Of a stretch of DNA of 58,882 nt, positions 17,565 to 26,000 are shown in pieces. The DNA lies in the NCBI GenBank assembly GCA_037139685.1, contig JBAXFZ010000001.1, positions 1 to 58,882 on the forward strand. Reading direction: 5' to 3'. Each line of letters opens with the position of its first letter. Within the stretch, counting starts at the first letter, position 1. Source of the DNA: Bacteroidota bacterium. Lineage in GTDB: Bacteria; Bacteroidota; Bacteroidia; Bacteroidales; FEN-979. The position numbers were made by a program, and so were the translations under genes. Under the pieces are notes generated by a model, which was not told where the DNA came from, ran no database searches, and was given only the letters and a program-made list of their open reading frames with translations.

Positions 17565-18920
17565 TCAGATCTGGTCATTTTGTTTCATCCGGTAGAGGGT
17601 CGATTTGCCGATTCCCAGTTTTTTGGCAACCAGCGGTATATCATCCATGTATTTGTCGAGATACGATTTGATGATAAGGCGGTTATATTCCTCCAGCAGC
17701 ATCTCTCCCGAATTGAGAAAGTCGGTAGGCCTGGCTGTCTGGGAATATATAATATCCTCCGGATTCAGCACCTTCCCGTTCGACATCACTACTGCCAGGT
17801 CAATGATTGCTTTAAGTTCCCTGATATTCCCGGGATAGGAATAGCGGAGAAGTTTTTCACTGGCTTCGCTCGAAAATCCGACGTGGTGCATATTGTTCTC
17901 CTTGCAGAATGCATCGGCAAAATGTTTGGCAAGGATGAGGATGTCGTTGGTTCGTTCGCGCAGGGGCGGCAGGTGGATTGGCAGTCCGAGCAACCGGTAA
18001 TAGAGATCCTGCCTGAAGGTGCCATTGGCCACCTCCTCCTTGAGGTCCCTGTGAGTGGCGACAATAAGCCTGAGGTCGAGCGGGATGGTCTCCTTGCCCC
18101 CGATTCGCACCAGCTCGCGTTCCTGGATTACCCGGAGCAGCTTTGCCTGGATGGCAATATCCATATCCCCGATCTCGTCGAGGAAAAGAGTACCTTCGGT
18201 CGCCTCTTCAAACTTTCCGGTTTTCCGTGTGTCGGCACCGGTAAATGCTCCCTTTTCATAGCCAAACAATTCACTCTCGAGCAGGTCTTTCGGGATGGCC
18301 GACATGTTTACGGCCACAAAAGGTTTCTTTCGCCGTGGTGAATTATAGTGAATGGCTTTGGCAACCAGTTCCTTCCCTGTTCCCGTTTCACCTGTGATGG
18401 AAACATTGATATTTGTTTTGCTGGCCTTCTCAATCAGGGCATAGATGGTCTTGATCGCCTGGCTGTTGCCGATGATGGCTTTTTCAAAATCATATTTTCG
18501 TCCAACCTCCTCCTGCAGGAGTTCAACCTGGTTCTTCAGCGCCCGGGTTTCACGGATGCGCAGGATGACATTCCATAAACGCGAACGCGAATCCTGTTCC
18601 TTTACGATGTAATCATAAGCGCCATCCTTGAGCAGATCAAGCGCCGTGGAGACATCCTTCTGCCCGGAAACGACAACCACCTGGGAATCAGGGCTGTATT
18701 GACGGATTTTTTTCAGCACCATGGCCCCGTTAATATCGGGCAATGAATAATCAAGCGTCACAATATCAGGCTTCCTGTGGAGATTAGCTATCAGTTCCTT
18801 CCCCGTTAAAAACAGATGTATCTCATAATCAGGATTTGATGACAGGTAATGTTTCAGGTATTCTCCATAGAATTTATCATCTTCAACGATAAAAATTAAA
18901 AAGCTGCTCATATTTTCCAT
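17565..18920 (-). CDS. sigma-54-dependent response regulator (NtrC family bEBP)
   Basis: The receiver domain has FIVEDD...VTLDYSLPD. The AAA+ domain has GETGTGKE and ESELFGYEKGAFTGA (GAFTGA loop). The C-terminus has a Fis-type HTH, AKKLGIGKSTLYRM. Confidence 0.9.
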   Translation of the reverse strand: MENMSSFLIFIVEDDKFYGEYLKHYLSSNPDYEIHLFLTGKELIANLHRKPDIVTLDYSLPDINGAMVLKKIRQYSPDSQVVVVSGQKDVSTALDLLKDGAYDYIVKEQDSRSRLWNVILRIRETRALKNQVELLQEEVGRKYDFEKAIIGNSQAIKTIYALIEKASKTNINVSITGETGTGKELVAKAIHYNSPRRKKPFVAVNMSAIPKDLLESELFGYEKGAFTGADTRKTGKFEEATEGTLFLDEIGDMDIAIQAKLLRVIQERELVRIGGKETIPLDLRLIVATHRDLKEEVANGTFRQDLYYRLLGLPIHLPPLRERTNDILILAKHFADAFCKENNMHHVGFSSEASEKLLRYSYPGNIRELKAIIDLAVVMSNGKVLNPEDIIYSQTARPTDFLNSGEMLLEEYNRLIIKSYLDKYMDDIPLVAKKLGIGKSTLYRMKQNDQI

Positions 18921-19037
18921 GTTTGGGATAGGATAATGAAACTGCTGTGTTTTCCCAAGAAACAAATATATGAATATTCCCCGACAGGCCAATTACTATA
19001 CATTAACAATTGTCGCTCTGAATTACATCCAGCTTTG

Positions 19038-19349
19038 TTACCTGACCATCGAAAACAGTGCATAAATCAGCAGCGCCAGGATGATGGCTCCCAATACCGC
19101 CGTGACTTTTTTCCGGCGCTTTTCGTTGAAGTCGGCAAGGTTTTTGGGATCCAGGTAATATCGTCCCGGTTGCGCTTCCGAAATTACCCCCCTGCTGATA
19201 AGCCGCCGTAATATAATCCTGTTTGACAGCCCCAGCTCTTCCAGCGTCCGGGCACGATCGGGCGAAACAGCCCCTGACTCCTCAAACCTGTTTAATATTT
19301 TCTTTACCTGGATTGCAACTACTGCAGCAAACGGGGCTCCCGGAACCAT
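19038..19349 (-). CDS. hypothetical tail-anchored small protein
   Basis: 103-aa ORF with an ATG start and a single C-terminal TM segment (VTAVLGAIILALLIYALF). I recognise no family. Confidence 0.5.
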   Translation of the reverse strand: MVPGAPFAAVVAIQVKKILNRFEESGAVSPDRARTLEELGLSNRIILRRLISRGVISEAQPGRYYLDPKNLADFNEKRRKKVTAVLGAIILALLIYALFSMVR

Positions 19350-19356
19350 GGCACAT

Positions 19357-20370
19357 TTATTTTATCTGATGAAACACCTCGTGAAGTTCTTCCAGTTTTT
19401 TGGTGATGGTCTTGTCATCAGCCTTCTTTAAAATCAGCTGATGAAGCGTACCTGCTCCCCTGACAAGGTTGTCGATCGATTTTTTTATCCCGGGAGTATT
19501 GAAAGAAGCGGGTATTTTCCCGGTTTGCAGGGCTTTTGCCCTGGAAAACAGTTCGCCTGAGCGTTCCCGGATCGGCTTCAGATTGCCATCCTGCGACGGG
19601 TGAAATGTTGCGCCCATTACTTCGTGGAAATCATTTAAACCGGTCCATGTATCCAGTTCGATGGTTCTCAGCAGTGGACTCGCCAGGGCTGCAGTATAGT
19701 TTTTATCTACAACATCCCAGTTTATCGTATTGACGATGGCCGACAAATAATCACCCCTTTTATTCTGATATTTCAGGTAATAGGCATGTTCCCACACATC
19801 AATGGCCAGGATCGGGATTCCCCTCTCGGGGGATACATCCATGACAGGGTTGTCCTGGTTTGGAGAGGAGCAAACGGCCAGCTTCTTTTCGGGCGTTACA
19901 TAAAGCCATGCCCAGCCTGAACCAAACCGTGCCGTCCCTGCTTTGGCCAGCATTTTCTTTAAACTGTCGGCTGTGCCGAAGGTGGCTATAATGGCTTTAC
20001 CCACGCCGCTCTGGCCATCAAAGGGATTGTTCAGCGAGAGGGTATTCCAGTAGAGCGAATGGTTGAAATGGCCACCTGCATTGTTCCGGATGGCATCGCC
20101 GTTTTCCCCTGCATACAACATAAGTTCGTCAAGCGTGTATTTCTCATATTCGGTACCCTTAACCGCATTGTTCAGGTTCTTTACATAATTGGCATGATGT
20201 TTCGAATAGTGGATTTCCATGGTCTGGGCATCAATTGCAGGCTCAAGGGCGTTATAGCCATATGGCAGCTTTGGCAGTTCGTACGGGTAGGTTTGTGCCG
20301 ATAACGAAGAGATAACTCCCATGAAAGAAGCAACAATCCCGAAAATCACAAATACTTTTAAATTTTTCAT
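19357..20370 (-). CDS. Fe/Mn superoxide dismutase, secreted, with ~106-aa C-terminal extension
   Basis: The signal peptide is MKNLKVFVIFGIVASFMGVISSLSAQ. SOD motifs present are HYSKHHANYV, GGHFNHSLYW and DVWEHAYYLKYQNKR. Extra helical sequence follows the usual SOD C-terminus. Confidence 0.9.
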   Translation of the reverse strand: MKNLKVFVIFGIVASFMGVISSLSAQTYPYELPKLPYGYNALEPAIDAQTMEIHYSKHHANYVKNLNNAVKGTEYEKYTLDELMLYAGENGDAIRNNAGGHFNHSLYWNTLSLNNPFDGQSGVGKAIIATFGTADSLKKMLAKAGTARFGSGWAWLYVTPEKKLAVCSSPNQDNPVMDVSPERGIPILAIDVWEHAYYLKYQNKRGDYLSAIVNTINWDVVDKNYTAALASPLLRTIELDTWTGLNDFHEVMGATFHPSQDGNLKPIRERSGELFSRAKALQTGKIPASFNTPGIKKSIDNLVRGAGTLHQLILKKADDKTITKKLEELHEVFHQIK

Positions 20371-20486
20371 CTGAAGATTAATTTTTTATTTGGTACAAAT
20401 CTAAATAATTAACCGGTAAAAAGCAAAGGCACAGCCGAAATAAAGGTTCCGGCGGTTTGAAGGTGATTTCCGGGCAGGCGGATATT

Positions 20487-22910
20487 TCATAAAGGGGTTC
20501 CTTCATCATGATTCTCTTCATGGTCCCCGAAAATCAATTTCCGGTATTTGGTGTATAGGAATGAGCTGATCAGGAGCAGCACTCCCAGTGATACAAAAAC
20601 GATGGTTTTTGAAATCGTATTCAGGTAGGCAATATCGTACAGAAGGAGTTTAATGAGTGTTGCCGCAAAAAGAACGAGGGCGCCGATACGCAGATGCACC
20701 TTTTTCCTGCGGATGCCAATTACAATAAGGAGCAAGGCATAGATGCCAAAAAGGATGCTCAATCCCAGTTTATAAGACTGCCCGGGCTGGTACAGGTCCA
20801 TCCAGTTGATGAGTTCATTGGCCGCAACGGTAAGGATTGTGATGTGAAGAAGAAAATCAAATTCCTTCCTAAAATCTGCATTAAGCAGTTCCCACCTGAC
20901 ATACCTGAAAACAGCCAGGATAGTCACACCCGCGAACACGAACGAAAGGTACCTTATCGCTATGTCAAGGCTGCCGTGGTAATACGATCCGGGAAACGAA
21001 GGATTCAGGTAACTTTCCCGGAGTTCCCCTATTGTAAATAATCCCAGCGTGAGAAACACGCACAATGCGATTATGTTCATCCCCAGGTTGATAATGCCCA
21101 GCAGGCTGTTCCTCAATTTCAGGAGATTCACAAAAGAAAGCAGGGATACAAACAGCAATGAAAAGTTGATGACAGAAAGTGTGCTGTATTTAAAAAGATC
21201 TTCATTCCAGAGATGTTCGGGCACAGTCAGATCCTGGTTTTTAGTCACCATCGAATCAGTATACAGCTGGCTCCAGAAGTTGGTGATTTCCATGATGAAA
21301 GAGAAGTACAGGGCCGTTATCAGGATGCCGGGGATGGAGAACCTCATGACCATTGTTACGAATTTATTGGCGGCAAGGGGCGAAATATACCTTTTCAGGT
21401 TCTGTAAATAGTTAATAATGCCAAAAGAAGCGATAAAAATGAGCGATGTCAGGAAATGTACATTCAGAAAAGGAAAAATCCTTGATGACGGCACCCGCGG
21501 ATTATAGGCAATGTAACCGGTTAACCAGTCGTCGAAAAGGCTCACAAATACAAGGAACATGAGCGGGTATGATAATAATTCATAAACACTTACATTCCTG
21601 GTCCTGCCCATCCAGAACAGCAGGGCAGCTTCACCGCTCCAAAGCAGGGTCACCCATCGCCCGTCCCACTGCACGGGAATGGCGATGGTAACGAAAACCA
21701 GCGCTAACCCGGCGGTAAAATGAAACATGTTGATGTCCCCCGGTTTTTTCACCCTGACGATGATGGCTGCCGCACAATGAATAATGGCATTGGCCAGGGT
21801 AAAAAGGCCAAGGAGGGACACCCCCGATTTATCGGCCTTTAAAATTGCATACCCCAGCCCATAGTAAATGGCTGCATTGGACAGGAGCATCAGGATATCT
21901 TCCGGGGCGTGTTTTTCACTTTTAAACAGTTTATAGACAAGAAAAACCAGGTAAAATGTAGTAAAAAAAACAGAAACGAAGGTTAATGCCATTCCAAAAT
22001 GGATGGCGGGATCATATTTTGCAACAAACCACAGGTAAAAGATGAGCCAGGTGAGCACAAACGAGGAGGCAAACAGCGGTTTCCAGTATTTCCAGAGGGA
22101 GATTACGAGAATACCGAGATTTATCAGGGCCATGTAACTGAACATGACCACCACCCTTCCCGAGCCGTCATCGAGCAGGAAGGGAACCGCATAGGCTCCC
22201 ACCAGGCCGATATGGGCAATCACCTGTTTGTTGTAATGCAGGGCTGAGGCGACGGTGAACAGGGTGAACAGGACCATGAGCAGGAAGGTGAGCACCGTAG
22301 GTATGAGGGAATAGAAATTATAGGCTGCAAAGGTTATAAAATACATGATCGCCATGGACCCGCTCAGCAGTACGGCGCTGAAATTCGCATACTCCTTTTT
22401 CAGCCTGACGGCCAGGCCAAACAATACAAGGCCTGACAGGTAGCCCAGGATGATCCTGGTCCAAGGACTGATCAGCTCATGGTCGATGGCATATTTTACC
22501 CCTATGCCCACACCCAGAACCGTAACGGCAATCCCTATTTTGTTGATCAGGTTTTCACCGATGAATTTTTCGAGGTTTGACTTTCCAGTTGGGGTTACAC
22601 CAATTGCCGGGCTTTCAGAAACAGGCTTTGAGCCAACATTCTCAGCCTCCTCCGGGATACAGGGGGTTTGATTTTGCCCGATCACGGACCCGGCATCGGT
22701 CAGGCTTGGAAAGGAGGTTTCAGCTTCTGTTGCCGGAACCCCGGTAAAGGAAGCCTCTTCGGAAATTTTTTCCATCGTGGCGGAAGAAACCGTGATTTCA
22801 TTAATCTCGGTTCGCAGCGCTGCAATCTCATTTTGAATGGATTCCTGCCTTGCCGCAAGGTTTTCCAACCTGTCAAGAATCCGGGCTATCGTTTCAGGAG
22901 GTTCGCTCAT
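20487..22910 (-). CDS. large polytopic membrane protein, DUF2339-like
   Basis: 807 aa. An N-terminal coiled-coil segment (LDRLENLAARQESIQNEIAALRTEI) is followed by more than 20 hydrophobic segments. The family call is from memory of that architecture. Confidence 0.65.
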   Translation of the reverse strand: MSEPPETIARILDRLENLAARQESIQNEIAALRTEINEITVSSATMEKISEEASFTGVPATEAETSFPSLTDAGSVIGQNQTPCIPEEAENVGSKPVSESPAIGVTPTGKSNLEKFIGENLINKIGIAVTVLGVGIGVKYAIDHELISPWTRIILGYLSGLVLFGLAVRLKKEYANFSAVLLSGSMAIMYFITFAAYNFYSLIPTVLTFLLMVLFTLFTVASALHYNKQVIAHIGLVGAYAVPFLLDDGSGRVVVMFSYMALINLGILVISLWKYWKPLFASSFVLTWLIFYLWFVAKYDPAIHFGMALTFVSVFFTTFYLVFLVYKLFKSEKHAPEDILMLLSNAAIYYGLGYAILKADKSGVSLLGLFTLANAIIHCAAAIIVRVKKPGDINMFHFTAGLALVFVTIAIPVQWDGRWVTLLWSGEAALLFWMGRTRNVSVYELLSYPLMFLVFVSLFDDWLTGYIAYNPRVPSSRIFPFLNVHFLTSLIFIASFGIINYLQNLKRYISPLAANKFVTMVMRFSIPGILITALYFSFIMEITNFWSQLYTDSMVTKNQDLTVPEHLWNEDLFKYSTLSVINFSLLFVSLLSFVNLLKLRNSLLGIINLGMNIIALCVFLTLGLFTIGELRESYLNPSFPGSYYHGSLDIAIRYLSFVFAGVTILAVFRYVRWELLNADFRKEFDFLLHITILTVAANELINWMDLYQPGQSYKLGLSILFGIYALLLIVIGIRRKKVHLRIGALVLFAATLIKLLLYDIAYLNTISKTIVFVSLGVLLLISSFLYTKYRKLIFGDHEENHDEGTPL

Positions 22911-23082
22911 ATGACACTTGAAATTACTTAAATTTATGATGACGCCAATATCTGAATTTCTGAAAAACGGCCATTCAGCGGCCAGAGAAAACCAGCCCTA
23001 AGGACTGTCGAAATTACGATTTTGAAATACGAATGTCAAGGAGCGTGTAAAAGAGTGAAAATATAACTGCTTCAGCAGGATT

Positions 23083-26000
23083 TCATTCGGGTTGCATCAA
23101 TAAATTTCCCTGGATGGCACACCCGATTGATGGAACAATCCTGAATTTCGATTGCGGCATGATCACGACATCACCCGTGAATGTCATATTCTCGGTGAGC
23201 GAAACCACCGAGTTGTTCGAGTTGCTGATGACCAGGTTCCTCACGGTACCGGGTGTCATGGTAGGCAGAAAATGGGTTTGCTGGTCAACCGTGCCTGTAA
23301 ATTCGAAATCTGTATCCGACCAGATTATTTTCGGTCCCGAAAGTGAAATGGTACCCGAAATGCCAAGCGGGTGACCAACCGCCAGCTTTGAATTGGATGC
23401 CATGTAAAACGATGCGTTGCCGTGAATGGATTTGTCACCGCAAACCAGGTAGTTGGCAACAACCACCGAAGTGGAAACCATCAGGTTTGTTGTCATCTGG
23501 ATCCCGTTCGGGTTGGCTGCCCTGAGCCGGCCTAGCTGGGTCACTGCTGAAGGTATTGTAATCCCTGTGGCATTCCCTCCAAAGTAGAGCCCCGATGAGG
23601 TGGATGTCTGCAGGTTTGCCTGGTTGCCGCTGACCGGTCCCCCGTCCAGTTCCAGGGTAAATGAGTTTACCGCAAGCGGACCCGCATTGAGAGAGAGCGT
23701 GCCAAAAACCGTAACATCCCCGTTCATGGTTATCCCATGGCTCCTGTTAATTGTAAGATCATTTACAATAACCTGGGGCAGCTGGGTTGATCCTGAACTT
23801 CCTTCAAAAACAATATTGGATGTAATTCCCCCCTCCAGGGATCCCATCCCGGGTATGATCATTCCGTCAAGAGTAAGTGTGTGCGCACCTATGGCCAAAA
23901 CACCCCGGGTAAGTACCAGGTCTCCCCGCATGGTCTTATCGGCATGCAGGTTCATCTTATCGGAATTGTTCATCATATCGATCATAACGCTGTATGGTCC
24001 CCCGGTACCCGGGAGCTCCTCTTCCGAAGTGGTTTGTGTCGTACCGTAATTATAGCGCAGGGTTGCAGCCGGGCCGTATAACCTGAAGCTGTTTCTTCTT
24101 ATCTGCCCGTTCATCAGGGTAAATTGCCCGTAAACGGTGACCGAATCCGTCAGGTCAAGTCCTGCAGGGCGGTTCAGCGTAAGTGAATTGAGGCTGATTG
24201 CCTTCAGCACAGCAGCACTGCCGCTTCCTCCGAATAGGAGATTTGAGGAGCTGCCGCCCACCAACCCTGATGTATAGCTGACATCCCCGTTAATCGTCAG
24301 TGTGTTTGAACTGATGGCCAGGTCGCCCGAAGTAAGGAAAAGTGTGCCGTTCACCGTAACACTGCCCCCGAGAGCGATCCCTGCTGCACGGTTTATGGAA
24401 AGGTCATGGAGGGATACAGATGGGAGGTCCGTACTGCTTCCGGTCCCGCCAAAAGTTATGTTTGATGAGGATCCGCCGACAAGCCCTGGAGAGGACGAAT
24501 TTGAAATACCGCCGTTTAAAGTGAGCGTATTGGAATTTATGCTGAGGCTCCCCGACTGGAGAAAGAGGGTTCCGCCGGTCGTGACATCGCCTGCAAGACC
24601 GATCCCGGCCGCCCGGTTGATCGTCAGGTTATTCAGGACAACCGACTGGAGGTTTGTACCGGCCCCGCTGCCGCCAAAAGATAAATTGGAGGAGTTTCCC
24701 CCTGAAAGAGAACCTCCTGCATAGGTGATAGCCCCGTTGACATTGAGAGTGTTTGATTCTATTGAAAAGGACCCGCTGGTCAGTGTGAGATTATCCCCGA
24801 CCGTTACCAGTCCCGACATTTTAATCCCGGCCGGCCGGTTTATCTCCAGATCAAACAGGGTGACAGCAGGCAGGGAGGTCCAGCCGCCACCTCCCCCGAA
24901 AATCATTTTCGCGGATGCCCCGCCGCCAAGCGCGCCGGATGTTTGCGTTAGGGCGCCGTTTACAGTGAGTGTTGTTGATCCGAGGGAAAGGGTACCCAGT
25001 TCCAGCGTTAATGTCCCCCCTGTGGTTACATTACCGCCGAGTACCACACCACCCGACCTGTGTATCGTAAGGTTGTTCAGTTCAACCGCCGGCAGGCTGG
25101 TCCCGGAGCCATTTTCACCGAAAATGATATTTGAAGAAGCACCGCCCGACAGAGAAGCTCCGGAGTTTTGCGTGATGCTTCCATTCAGGGTAAGGGTATG
25201 CGCCCCGATCGAGAACTGGCCGGAATTGAGGGTAAGGGTGCCTGCTATTGCCCTGTCGGCATGTAATCCAACCGAAATGGCATTGTCGATAAAGAGGTTA
25301 AAGGGTCCTGAAGCGACCGGGAACTCGCTGCCGGATGTTGTTTGCGACAAGGAACCGTTGTATTTAAGGGTTCCCGAAGATCCGTAAGCAAAGGTCCAGC
25401 CATTGTTGTTTAAAACCCCGCCGGATACAGTCATGGTGCCGCTTACCGTAATGTTGCCGGTTTGCCGGATTCCTCCCGCCGGCCGGTTCATCGTGAGGTT
25501 GTTCAGGGTAACCTGGGGAAGATCGAGGGAAATGGCATTGCCGCCTCCTGCAATAATGTTGGAGGAGGCTCCCCCGTTAAGGCTTCCCGATGTTTTTGAA
25601 AGCTGCCCGTTGAGGGTTAACGTTGTTGAGCCGATTGACAGTGCCCCGGCTGACAGGGTCAGGGTCGCCGCAATGGTCAGGCTGGCGCCGAGGCTTGTAC
25701 CTGCCGGCCTGTTAACTGTCAGGTTGTTCAACCCGCCAGAGATGGCAGGCAAAGTGATGGGTGAAGAATAGTCCCCGATAGTGAGGTTTGAGGATGATCC
25801 GCCGGTCAGGCTTCCGCTGCCGATATTGATATCCCTGTTGAGGGTCAGTGTATTCCCGCTGCCGATCGACAGGGCTCCGTTGGACAGGTAAAGTGTCCCG
25901 TCAAGCGAACGACCTGCATGCAGGGTAACCCCTGAGGCATTTTTTATAACCAGGTTCCTTGGACCACCTGATGCGGGAAATTCGGCATTGGCGGTTGTCT

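Noticed and set aside
23005-23015. The motif CTGTCGAAATT(.)CG is shared between 23005-23018 and 30764-30776, both in spacers of the surface-protein locus.
   Set aside because: An 11-13 nt match is expected dozens of times by chance among all position pairs in a 59-kb window on both strands, and the flanks do not align.
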